A DNA stretch of 64,000 bases from Candidatus Giovannonibacteria bacterium (lineage in GTDB: Bacteria; Patescibacteriota; Minisyncoccia; UBA11713; 2-01-FULL-45-33): contig CP066687.1 of NCBI GenBank assembly GCA_016432405.1, positions 219,040 through 283,039 of the forward strand, in the 5' to 3' direction. The notes under the pieces were generated by a model. It saw only the letters and a program-made list of their open reading frames with translations, ran no database searches and was not told the origin of the DNA. Both the position numbers and the translations under genes were made by a program. Below, piece by piece: positions 9,695-18,722 of the stretch (within the stretch, counting starts at the first letter, position 1; every line of letters starts with the position of its first letter).

Positions 9695-10330
9695 GTGATA
9701 GCAAATTTCCGTTTTGCGTTGGACAAACCAACGCTCATTTTGGGCGCGGGCATAGCAAGCAGCGGGAAAAGCACGGTTTTCAGGCCGATTGCGGCCGCGT
9801 TGTTTGATTCGGTGTATGTAGAAAAGGACCTGATTAACGATGCTTTTTTATGGATGCCCAAAAGCGGGGAAAGGCGGGACATGTCCCGTTATCTGGTTTC
9901 CGAGCGCATTTCAAATCAGAGTCCCATTTACAGGGATCACATATGGCTGCAAAGCTACCACTGCATGCTGATGTTGGCGCGGCAGGCGCTGGAGTTGGGG
10001 AAGCACCCGATCTTGGAAGGAAATTACGTTAAGGAAATTCGGTGGGGATATATTGAAAAGGTTTTGTTGCCCCAGCTCGCCGGTATCAACTATAAGCTTA
10101 AAATTCTTCTTGCGCATGCTCCGGCTGATTTGATTCGCGAAAGGATAATAAAACGCGACGAAGGCCGCGACAAAAAAGTAATAAGTTCCGACGAAGAATG
10201 GCAGCGCTTGCTTGCCGAACAGCCGCCCATCCCGCCAGAGATTGAGAAGTACCCGCATATGAAAATTGACACCTCCGAAGCGTTGTCTCTCCAAGCGCTT
10301 TTTGAGATCATGAGGTTTTTGGCTGATTAG
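9695..10330 (+). CDS. P-loop small-molecule/nucleotide kinase (AAA_33-like)
   Basis: Walker A GAGIASSGKST, VEKD, ILEGN and RERIIKR lid motif. Confidence 0.7.
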   Translation: MIANFRFALDKPTLILGAGIASSGKSTVFRPIAAALFDSVYVEKDLINDAFLWMPKSGERRDMSRYLVSERISNQSPIYRDHIWLQSYHCMLMLARQALELGKHPILEGNYVKEIRWGYIEKVLLPQLAGINYKLKILLAHAPADLIRERIIKRDEGRDKKVISSDEEWQRLLAEQPPIPPEIEKYPHMKIDTSEALSLQALFEIMRFLAD

Positions 10331-10344
10331 TTTTTGAGAGCCTC

Positions 10345-10377
10345 GGCTCGCCGCGTTACTGGCGGGCCTTTTATTTT
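10345..10377 (+). terminator. Rho-independent terminator
   Basis: GGCTCGCC-loop-GGCGGGCC followed by TTTTATTTT. Confidence 0.55.
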
Positions 10378-10394
10378 GTTATTATTTTAGACAT

Positions 10395-10940
10395 ATGGCG
10401 CATGTCGGCAACAAAGCTGTTTTTTTTGACAGGGATGGCGTGATTCTCAAAGCGGTAGTAGATGCCGGCGTGCCGCGGCCGCCGTACAGCGTTGCTGAAT
10501 ATAAAGAGAAAAGCGGAATTATGCCTGGGGCAAAAGAAGCGGTTGAAGCGGTGCGCAGAAACGGCTTTCTTGCTATTTTGGCAACGAACCAGCCGGATAT
10601 TCGGTATGGGAGGATCACAAAGGAAGACTGGCAGTGGATACAGAACCAGATTGTGGATATTCCGTTTGACGATATTTTTATATGCTTTCACGGACGAGAT
10701 GACGGGTGCGAGTGCAAAAAACCGAAGCCGGGAATGCTGATTGCGGCCGCAAAAAAATGGGGGATTGATTTAAAAAAAACTTTTATGGTCGGGGATTCTG
10801 AAAGCGACGTGAAAGCCGGCCAAGCCGCAGGATGCAAAATAATTTTAATAGACCATGAACAAAATAAAAATTTGGAGCCCGATTTCAGGGTGACAAATTT
10901 ATCGGAAGTGGTAAAATTGATAAATGAAAATATTTATTGA
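10395..10940 (+). CDS. gmhB: D-glycero-D-manno-heptose 1,7-bisphosphate phosphatase (HAD IIIA)
   Basis: FFDRDGVI, ATNQPD, CFH...CECKKPKPGM and MVGDSESD. Confidence 0.88.
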   Translation: MAHVGNKAVFFDRDGVILKAVVDAGVPRPPYSVAEYKEKSGIMPGAKEAVEAVRRNGFLAILATNQPDIRYGRITKEDWQWIQNQIVDIPFDDIFICFHGRDDGCECKKPKPGMLIAAAKKWGIDLKKTFMVGDSESDVKAGQAAGCKIILIDHEQNKNLEPDFRVTNLSEVVKLINENIY

Positions 10941-11658
10941 TAGCGCGAATTTAAACGATATTGAGGAGGCCTTAAAACGCGGATTCGCGGAGGGGATTAC
11001 GACAAATCCGTCTCTTCTGGCAAAAGAGCCGAAATCCTCTTTTGAGGCGCACATCGGAAAAATTGTGGAGCTGATTAAAAAACATCAGCCGGGTATTCAT
11101 TTGAGCGTGGAAGTTTTTTCGCGCGACCAAAAAATTATTTTGGAGCAGGCACAGAAATTTATGAAGCAGTTTGCTTATCCGCAAATGAGCATTAAGGTGC
11201 AAGTTGGGTGGGATGAACTTGAAACCATTAAAAAATTGAGCGCGGCTGGCATTTCGGTAAACTGCACTGCCTGTATGAATGTGACGCAAGCCGTGATGGC
11301 CGCGCGTGCTGGCGCAAAATACGTCAGTTTGTTTTGGGGCAGAATCCGCGACGGCGGGACAGATGCGGCAATGTCTAAAGAGCGAGATGAAGCCGTAAAT
11401 AAAAGAGCTTTAGACAGCGACGATTTCAATCCTTTTAAGGTTGTTCAGGCGACGCGGCAGATTTTTGACCAGGACAAAATTCCATCAGAAATTATCGCGG
11501 GCAGCATGCGCAGTGCCGTTGACGTCAGAAACGCGCGTTTAGCCGGCGCTCATATTGTGACCGTGCCCCCCAAATTTTTTCCAGATATGATTTCCCACTT
11601 CAAAACCGACCAAGTCGTCAACCAATTTTTGACTGATTTTGAAAAATGGATGAGCTAA
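10924..11658 (+). CDS. tal: Transaldolase / fructose-6-phosphate aldolase family
   Basis: IFIDSAN, GITTNPSL, SVEV, VNCT, YVSLFWGRI, AGSMR and GAHIVTVP. Confidence 0.85.
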   Translation: MKIFIDSANLNDIEEALKRGFAEGITTNPSLLAKEPKSSFEAHIGKIVELIKKHQPGIHLSVEVFSRDQKIILEQAQKFMKQFAYPQMSIKVQVGWDELETIKKLSAAGISVNCTACMNVTQAVMAARAGAKYVSLFWGRIRDGGTDAAMSKERDEAVNKRALDSDDFNPFKVVQATRQIFDQDKIPSEIIAGSMRSAVDVRNARLAGAHIVTVPPKFFPDMISHFKTDQVVNQFLTDFEKWMS

Positions 11659-12521
11659 AAAAAACTATAAAAAATTTAATAATCTCAATGCGGCCAAGGC
11701 AGTGGATAAAAAACCTCTTTCTTTTTGCCGCCATAATTTTCGTAAAGCAGTTTTCGGATATTGAGAAGCTGGCGGCTGTTTTTGAGGCCTTTATCATTTT
11801 CTGCTTCGCCTCAAGCGCGATTTATCTGCTAAATGACGCAGTGGACGCGCCGTATGACCGCAGACACCCGCAAAAACGCCTAAGGCCGATCGCCGCTGGA
11901 GAGCTCCCAGTATTCGGAGCTGTTTTCGCAGCCGCGGTTTTCGGAGCGCTCTCCGTTTTTTGGAGTTTTTACATAAATAATTTTTTCGCGCTTGCCGTTA
12001 TCGGATTTTTGGCGCTTAATGTTTTATATTCGTTTTATCTCAAGCGTTTCGTGATAATTGACGTGATAACAATCGCTTTGGGTTTTGTCATCCGCGTCAT
12101 CGCCGGCGCAGTCGCCATAGACGTCCGGTTTTCGGAATGGCTGATTCTTTCAACTTTTTTCCTGACGCTTTTTTTGGCTATTTCCAAGAGGAAAAACGAG
12201 CTTATGCATGCAGAGGAAACCGAAGCGCGCGAGGGGCTTGGCAGATATTCTCTCGCTCTCTTGGACCAGATGAATGCGATTGTTTTGCCTTCCACCATTA
12301 TCACCTACGCTTTTTATACGTTCAGCTCCGAGCACAGCAAGCTTCTCATGATTACAATACCCATCGTGCTTTACGGGCTTTTTCGGTATTTATTTTTGAT
12401 AAACATAAAAACGCGGAGCGACGATGGTCCCACGGACGATTTGCTTTTAGACAAACATTTGCTCGCCACTGTTTTTATCTGGCTCGCGGTTTCCGTAGCA
12501 ATGATTCTTTATGCCGGATAG
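11646..12521 (+). CDS. UbiA-family decaprenyl-phosphate phosphoribosyltransferase-like
   Basis: MRPRQWIKNL, YLLNDAVD...DRRHPQKRLRPIAAG, GFVIRVIAG, KRKNEL and YGLFRY. Confidence 0.88.
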   Translation: MDELKKTIKNLIISMRPRQWIKNLFLFAAIIFVKQFSDIEKLAAVFEAFIIFCFASSAIYLLNDAVDAPYDRRHPQKRLRPIAAGELPVFGAVFAAAVFGALSVFWSFYINNFFALAVIGFLALNVLYSFYLKRFVIIDVITIALGFVIRVIAGAVAIDVRFSEWLILSTFFLTLFLAISKRKNELMHAEETEAREGLGRYSLALLDQMNAIVLPSTIITYAFYTFSSEHSKLLMITIPIVLYGLFRYLFLINIKTRSDDGPTDDLLLDKHLLATVFIWLAVSVAMILYAG

Positions 12522-12918
12522 ATTTTTTGAGGAGCTGGATATGCCGCGGCAGGGGGCTGTGATTTTTTTGGACATTGACGGCACTTTGCGGCCGGACGGA
12601 GATCAAGGAATGAGTCAGGAGGTTTTAAATAAGCTGGCGGAGCTTAAGGCCAAAAACGAAGTTCATTTAATCAGCAATAAAGGCAACGGCGCAAAAAAGC
12701 CGAGCCGAGAAGCGGCAGAGGGCGTTGATATGGCCGGGAAAAAAGTTGTGGTGATAGGCGATAAATTTTTGACGGACGGGCTGTTCGCGAAAAATATCGG
12801 AGCCGAATTCGTTAAAGTCAGAAGAAAAATTTCAGGCCGGGAGAATTTTTTTGTTAAAGTCGCGTATTTTATTGACGATTTTATTTCTGCTATATTATGG
12901 AAACAAAAAAATATTTAA
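12511..12918 (+). CDS. Small HAD phosphatase (YqeG-like)
   Basis: [15 protein letters not shown] and [10 protein letters not shown]. Confidence 0.75.
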   Translation: MPDRFFEELDMPRQGAVIFLDIDGTLRPDGDQGMSQEVLNKLAELKAKNEVHLISNKGNGAKKPSREAAEGVDMAGKKVVVIGDKFLTDGLFAKNIGAEFVKVRRKISGRENFFVKVAYFIDDFISAILWKQKNI

Positions 12919-13940
12919 TAACAGGCGGCGCCGGGTTTTTGGGAATTAACCTCGCGCGTTTTCTGCTCAAAAAAGGGCAGAAAGTAAGAATTCTGGATTT
13001 GGCCCAGTTTGATTACCCGGAGAGAAACAAGGTTGAGGCGCTGCTCGGGGACACAAGAGATAAATCAGGCGTTGATAAAGCGATGGACAGAATTGACATT
13101 GTTGTCCATGCGGCGGCCGCGTTGCCGCTTTATTCGCAAAAAGACATATACTCCACGGAAGTGGACGGAACAAAAAACGTTTTAGAAAGCGCCGGGCGGC
13201 GCAACGTTGACAGATTTATACATATTTCCAGCACGGCGGTTTACGGCATTCCCGACCACCACCCGATTTACGAAAATGATAAGCTTCAGGGAGTTGGGCC
13301 TTACGGCGAGGCGAAAATTCTGGCGGAGAAATTTTGCGAGGAAGCAAGAAAAAATGGAATGTGCGTTACAATTCTCCGGCCGAAATCTTTTGTGGGACCC
13401 GAGCGGTTGGGGGTTTTCGCGCTTTTTTACGATTGGGCGGGCACCGGGCACAATTTCCCCATGATCGGCAACGGAAAAAACAGCTACCAGCTTTTAGACG
13501 TTGAAGATTTATGCGAGGCGATTTTTCTTTCGGCTACCTTGCCGAAAGAAAAGGCCAACGACACTTTCAATGTCGGCGCAAAGGATTTTGCGACGATGCG
13601 CCGGGACTGGCAGGCGGTTTTGGACCGCGCGGGATTCGGCAAAAAAATTATCGGTTTGCCCGCTGCCCCCATGATTTTTGTTTTGAGATTCTTGGAGATT
13701 TTGCGCCTTTCACCTCTTTACAAATGGGTTTATGAAACCGCAGGCAAGGACTCTTTTGTGTCAGTGGAAAAAGCTGAACGGATTTTGGGATTCCGTCCAA
13801 AATATTCCAACAAAGAAGCGCTCGTCCGCAACTATGAATGGTATTTGGCTAATCTGGATAAATTTAAAAACCAGACCGGGGTATCCCACCGCGTCCCGTG
13901 GAAACAGGGGATTTTAAAAATCGCTAAGCTTTTTTTTTGA
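12897..13940 (+). CDS. NAD-dependent epimerase/dehydratase (extended SDR)
   Basis: [17 protein letters not shown] and YGEAK. Confidence 0.88.
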   Translation: METKKYLITGGAGFLGINLARFLLKKGQKVRILDLAQFDYPERNKVEALLGDTRDKSGVDKAMDRIDIVVHAAAALPLYSQKDIYSTEVDGTKNVLESAGRRNVDRFIHISSTAVYGIPDHHPIYENDKLQGVGPYGEAKILAEKFCEEARKNGMCVTILRPKSFVGPERLGVFALFYDWAGTGHNFPMIGNGKNSYQLLDVEDLCEAIFLSATLPKEKANDTFNVGAKDFATMRRDWQAVLDRAGFGKKIIGLPAAPMIFVLRFLEILRLSPLYKWVYETAGKDSFVSVEKAERILGFRPKYSNKEALVRNYEWYLANLDKFKNQTGVSHRVPWKQGILKIAKLFF

Positions 13941-13943
13941 GTT

Positions 13944-14537
13944 ATGCGGTTTGACCTTTTGCGGGCCGCAATTGTGGGGGAAGCCATCGCGCTTTTGACT
14001 TTGCCGACGTTAAAAAATATAAATTTTTTTGAGCCGACATTTGTCGCCGTCTGGCTGGTCTTCGTGCCCGCGGCGGCGCTCGCCGGTTTTTATTTGATTT
14101 ATTTGACGTCGGCGAGGCGGCCCGTCTTGCTGGAGTTGGGAAAATACGGCCTCGTCGGATGCTTCAATTTTTTTCTGGACGCGGGCATTTTCAACTTTTT
14201 TATTTTAATTACTGGCATTGCCAGGGGTTGGCCGGTGGACGTTTTTATAATAATTGCTTTTGCGATAACGATAACGCAAAGTTTTTTGTGGAATAAATTC
14301 TGGATTTTTAAGGCGAACGATTTGGCCAATGCGCGCGCGCAGTACGCAAAATTTTTCAGCATGACTGTTGTCACTTCCCTTTTAGGGCTTTTGTTTATGC
14401 ATCTTATGATAAATACCATCGGTGCTCCCTCCGGTTTTGATTTGAAAGTTTGGGCGAATCTCGCGCTTTTAGTTTTGATACCGACGTCTGCCCTGGGCAA
14501 TTTCCTTGGCTATAAGTTTTTTGTTTTTAAAAAATGA
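13944..14537 (+). CDS. GtrA-family flippase-like membrane protein
   Basis: KYGLVG, SFLWNKFWIF, QYAKFF and NFLGYKFFVF. Confidence 0.8.
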   Translation: MRFDLLRAAIVGEAIALLTLPTLKNINFFEPTFVAVWLVFVPAAALAGFYLIYLTSARRPVLLELGKYGLVGCFNFFLDAGIFNFFILITGIARGWPVDVFIIIAFAITITQSFLWNKFWIFKANDLANARAQYAKFFSMTVVTSLLGLLFMHLMINTIGAPSGFDLKVWANLALLVLIPTSALGNFLGYKFFVFKK

Positions 14538-15202
14538 CTCACGCCGAATATTGCAGCAAGTTTATTCCCGCCGGCGGCAGGGTCTTGGATGTGGGCTCCG
14601 GCAGGGGCGATTTTCTGCGCGAGATGGCCGGCTTGGGATTTGACGCGTGCGGAGTTGAGCCGAACACCGAGCGGATTTTTTCCGCAATAGGCGGACCAGC
14701 CTTTGGCCGGGAAAAGGTTGTGAAGGTAAGCGCCGAAAACTTGCCGTTCCCCGATAATCATTTTGATTTTGTAAATTGCGCCGAGGTCAGCGAGCACGTT
14801 GACGATCCTTCTAAGATGCTCCAAGAAATTTTTCGGGTTCTAAAGCCCGGAGGGAAATGCTACACAAGTTTTCACAATCGCTTGGGGGTTTACGACTATC
14901 ATTATCGGCTTTATTTTATAAACTGGATGCCGAGGGTTTGGACAGAGCCGATTTTAAAATTTTTAGGAAAACAAAAAGAGGACGGCCCGGCCGGACGCCA
15001 GAAACTGACCACGATGCATTATTATACTTACGGACAAGTTTTGAAAATGCTTCACAATGCCAGTTTTTCCGCAGAAGACATCCGAAAAGAGAAAATTAGA
15101 CAATTCTTCGGCATCACGCGCTTGCCGTTTTTTATTTTATATTTCACATTGCTTCGTCCGTTATATTTCAACACCTTCCATTTTTTGCTTGCCAAACCTT
15201 AA
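14534..15202 (+). CDS. Class I SAM-dependent methyltransferase
   Basis: VLDVGSGRG, AENLPFPDNHFD, EHV and RVLKPGG. Confidence 0.85.
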   Translation: MTHAEYCSKFIPAGGRVLDVGSGRGDFLREMAGLGFDACGVEPNTERIFSAIGGPAFGREKVVKVSAENLPFPDNHFDFVNCAEVSEHVDDPSKMLQEIFRVLKPGGKCYTSFHNRLGVYDYHYRLYFINWMPRVWTEPILKFLGKQKEDGPAGRQKLTTMHYYTYGQVLKMLHNASFSAEDIRKEKIRQFFGITRLPFFILYFTLLRPLYFNTFHFLLAKP

Positions 15203-15227
15203 TCCGACCTGATAAGTTATAAGAGAT

Positions 15228-16985
15228 ATGAGATTTCTTGTAACCGGAGGGTGCGGATTTATGGGGTCAAATTTTATCCATTATGTTTTGGATAATTTCC
15301 CCGAGAGCGCTGTCATAAATCTTGACCTCTTGACGTACGCCGGAAACGAGGAAAATCTTCGCGGCGTCCCGCCATCCAGATACCGGTTTGTGAAAGGTGA
15401 CATTTGCGACACGGAGCTCGTAAAAAAGCTGATGCGGGAATCCGACTTCGTCGTAAACTTCGCCGCCGAGAGTCATGTGGACAGGTCAATCCATTCCGAC
15501 GCCGACGATTTTGTCCATACCAATGTCGTAGGAGTCCACTCGCTTTTGAAAGCGTTGAGGGGCTCGCCTAACGTTAAAAAGATGGTTCATATCTCGACGG
15601 ACGAAGTCTGGGGCGATTTGCATTTTAAGTCGCAGGAGAAGTTTACCGAAGAGTCGCCGCTTAGGCCGAGTTCTCCGTACGCCGCTTCCAAGGCCGCCGG
15701 CGAAATGCTTGTGCGTGCTTATCATAAAACCTATGGCCTGCCGGTGGTCATTTCGCGTTCGGTCAACAATTTCGGGCCGAGGCAGCATCCGGAAAAAGTG
15801 ATTCCGTTTTTCGCCATGCTGGCAATGGACAACAAGCCCCTGCCGATTCACGGCAGCGGTTTAAATGTGCGGTCGTGGATTCACGTAGACGACCACACCC
15901 GCGCCGTCCTCGCTCTTTTGGAAAAAGCTCCCTCGGGGGAGATATACGGCGTTTCCGCAGATGAAGAGTGCTCAAACATGGATATTGCCGGAAAAATATT
16001 GAGAATTTTAAACAAGCGGGAAAACCTGGTTACTTTCGTTGAAGACCGTCCGGCAAATGACAGGAGGTATGCGGTTAATCCGTCAAAGCTGCTCGCTTTA
16101 GGATGGCGCCCCCAGCGTTCGCTGGACAGCCACATCCCGGTGACCATTGATTGGTATAAAGAAAATCAGACATGGCTTAGTAGTGTTGCCAGGAAGTATG
16201 AAAGCACGAGCGAAGAGATGCGGCGTTCGTCCGCAGATATCAGAAAAAGGGCGCTTGCTGGTTCGCCCGCCAGATCTCTTTCAATTTTTTTCCCGTGCCT
16301 TAACGAGAAAGGGACAATCGCCACAATGGTTTTGGAAGGCAGAAAAACCGCCGTGTCGCTCACGGACGATTTTGAAATTATTGTCGTAGACGATGGCTCC
16401 ACCGACGGCAGCCGCGAGCTTCTTTTGGAGCTTCAAAAGAGCGTTCCGGAATTAAAATTAGTTTTTCGCGAAAAGAGGGGTTACGGCGCGGCGCTTAGAA
16501 ATGGATTTAAGGCGGCAACAAAAGAGCTTGTTTTTTATACCGATGGCGACGGGCAATATGACGTGAGTGAATTACCGATGCTGTGGAATAAATTAACCAA
16601 CGAAGTAGATATTGTAAATGGCTACAAAATTAAACGAGCCGACCCGTTGTACCGCATTATCATTGGTTTTATTTATCAGCATGTTACAAGATGGGCGTTT
16701 TGGTTGCCAATTAGAGACCCTGATTGCGACTTCCGCTTAATTCGCAGAAAAGTGTTTGACACGGTTGAGCTTAAAAGCGATACCGGCACCATAACTATTG
16801 AGATTGTAAAAAGAATTCAGCAAGCCGGCTTCCGTTTTGTTGAAGTTGGAGTTTCGCATTACAACCGCACATATGGAAGTTCTCAATTTTTTAACTTCCG
16901 TAGGATCGTTGTCACATTATGGCGTTTGGCTTTTTTGTGGGTGGAGCTGATTATATTTTCGGGCAGACGAAAAAATCATGGATGA
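15228..16985 (+). CDS. rmlB: dTDP-glucose 4,6-dehydratase fused to a C-terminal GT2 glycosyltransferase
   Basis: GGCGFMGSNF, LTYAGN, FAAESHVDRS, STDEVWG and YAASK; then FFPCLNE, VDDGSTD, YTDGDGQYD and DPDCDFRL. Confidence 0.88.
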   Translation: MRFLVTGGCGFMGSNFIHYVLDNFPESAVINLDLLTYAGNEENLRGVPPSRYRFVKGDICDTELVKKLMRESDFVVNFAAESHVDRSIHSDADDFVHTNVVGVHSLLKALRGSPNVKKMVHISTDEVWGDLHFKSQEKFTEESPLRPSSPYAASKAAGEMLVRAYHKTYGLPVVISRSVNNFGPRQHPEKVIPFFAMLAMDNKPLPIHGSGLNVRSWIHVDDHTRAVLALLEKAPSGEIYGVSADEECSNMDIAGKILRILNKRENLVTFVEDRPANDRRYAVNPSKLLALGWRPQRSLDSHIPVTIDWYKENQTWLSSVARKYESTSEEMRRSSADIRKRALAGSPARSLSIFFPCLNEKGTIATMVLEGRKTAVSLTDDFEIIVVDDGSTDGSRELLLELQKSVPELKLVFREKRGYGAALRNGFKAATKELVFYTDGDGQYDVSELPMLWNKLTNEVDIVNGYKIKRADPLYRIIIGFIYQHVTRWAFWLPIRDPDCDFRLIRRKVFDTVELKSDTGTITIEIVKRIQQAGFRFVEVGVSHYNRTYGSSQFFNFRRIVVTLWRLAFLWVELIIFSGRRKNHG

Positions 16986-17373
16986 AATCATATTAAAATC
17001 GGTTAAGGGGCCGGTTGGCGAGCTACACGCAGGCAAGATCTACGAGCAAATACCGTTTGCCATAAAAGAGTTTTACGTTATACAGAATGTCCCCAATCGG
17101 CAGATTGCGCGCGGGATGCACGCGCATAAAAAACGGGAGCAGGTAATTTTTTGCCTGCAGGGCTCATTCACGCTCCATATGGATGACGGAAACAAAAAAT
17201 GGAGCGTTGTAATGAATGACCCGGCGCGCGGCATGCGGCTTAAAAAAAGAGTGTGGCATTCAATGACGGATTTTTCCAAGGACTGCATTATGCTTGTCGT
17301 GGCAGACGATTTTGAAGACGCAAGCGATTACATCAGGGATTACGACGAGTTTTTGAAGTTTGTAAAAACATGA
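16978..17373 (+). CDS. fdtA: FdtA/QdtA-family cupin, dTDP-4-keto-6-deoxyglucose 3,4-isomerase
   Basis: IPFAIK, RGMHAHK, CLQGSF, WHSM and YIRDYDEF. Confidence 0.85.
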   Translation: MDEIILKSVKGPVGELHAGKIYEQIPFAIKEFYVIQNVPNRQIARGMHAHKKREQVIFCLQGSFTLHMDDGNKKWSVVMNDPARGMRLKKRVWHSMTDFSKDCIMLVVADDFEDASDYIRDYDEFLKFVKT

Positions 17374-18206
17374 ATCAAGCCAGATGCACAATATGCGGCA
17401 ACGCTGCCAATAATCTGACTAAAGATGCCGAGCTTTTTATTTACGAGTGCTCTTTGTGTAGCCATGTGTTTGCTGTTATACCTGCGGACCAGCAAAAAAA
17501 ATATAATCATGATTATTTTACCAAAGAACACGAGAACTGGTTTAAAAATCCGAACACGAAACTTTTTCGCTTTATAGCCGGTCAAATCAATGCGCATTTT
17601 GGTCAGAAAAATATTGCGCTTTTGGATGTTGGCTGCGGCAACGGAGATTTTCTAAAATTTTTTTACCGGCACCGCGGCAATTCAACGTTATGCGGCATAG
17701 ACGTTGCTCGGCTTTTTGAAGACGCAAACATTTCTTTTTTACATGGCGATTTTAATACGATGGAGCTCAAGCAAAATTTTGACGTTGTTACCAGTCTGAT
17801 GGCTATTGAGCATATAGAGAATCCTGTTTTATTTACTAAAAAGATTTTCAGCGCTTTGGAGCGCGATGGCATGGCTGTTGTGGCGACTATCAACAGCAAC
17901 GGCCTAATTTATCGTTTAGCCGGCTTATTGAAGGCGCTGGGCATTCGAGGCCCGTACGAAAGGCTTTATGACCACGCGCATCTGCAGCATTATACAAACG
18001 CGTCTTTGAAAAAACTTTTGGAAAACTGCGGATTTGAAGTTCTTTTGCAAAGAAATCATAATTTCCCGCTAGCCGCCTTAGATGTGCCCAAAAGCAATGT
18101 AGTTTTAGAAACCGTTTATCGCGCCGGAGTAGCCGCTATTTTTACGCTTACCTCGGTTTTCGGCGGAGGCATGGACCAGACCATAATTTGTAGAAAGGCC
18201 CCATGA
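17370..18206 (+). CDS. Class I SAM methyltransferase with N-terminal CxxC...CxxC
   Basis: CTIC...CSLC, LLDVGCGNG and IEHIENP. Confidence 0.82.
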   Translation: MNQARCTICGNAANNLTKDAELFIYECSLCSHVFAVIPADQQKKYNHDYFTKEHENWFKNPNTKLFRFIAGQINAHFGQKNIALLDVGCGNGDFLKFFYRHRGNSTLCGIDVARLFEDANISFLHGDFNTMELKQNFDVVTSLMAIEHIENPVLFTKKIFSALERDGMAVVATINSNGLIYRLAGLLKALGIRGPYERLYDHAHLQHYTNASLKKLLENCGFEVLLQRNHNFPLAALDVPKSNVVLETVYRAGVAAIFTLTSVFGGGMDQTIICRKAP

Positions 18207-18721
18207 TTCAATTTTTTGACTTTCACAAAAATTATTACACGGGAATAAAAGGCGTATATTTTCGTAGAATTTTAAAAAAAATAATAAAAATAGGTGATTT
18301 GAGCAGTAAACGGGTGCTTGATTTCGGCTGCGGGAGGGGCGAACTAAAAAAACTTTTGCCGAGCGTTGTGGGCTACGACATTTTGCCTGATTTGAGCGAC
18401 GTAGCGGACTGGAGAAGCGTTAAATTTGACACGGTGGTGGCGAACGAAGTATTCTATCTTTTTTCCAAAAAAGAGCTTGAGATTTTTTTAGACGAACTTT
18501 ATAAATGCAATCCCAAAGCAGAATTGATTGTCGGTATCAGCAGGCAGAGTATTTTAAACAACATCGCCAAATATCTCGGCGACGTAAAAGACGCTTATGC
18601 TGGGACTAAGCTTTCGCCGAGCGAGGAATTGGCTGTCTTGAAAGACAGAATGAATGTGATTGACAAAAAAACTGTATGGTTTATGTGTAATATATACTTA
18701 CTTCGTTTTAAACATTTGTAG
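18203..18721 (+). CDS. Short methyltransferase-like protein
   Basis: VLDFGCGRG; ATGA overlap; AT-rich. Confidence 0.7.
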   Translation: MIQFFDFHKNYYTGIKGVYFRRILKKIIKIGDLSSKRVLDFGCGRGELKKLLPSVVGYDILPDLSDVADWRSVKFDTVVANEVFYLFSKKELEIFLDELYKCNPKAELIVGISRQSILNNIAKYLGDVKDAYAGTKLSPSEELAVLKDRMNVIDKKTVWFMCNIYLLRFKHL

Positions 18722-18722
18722 C

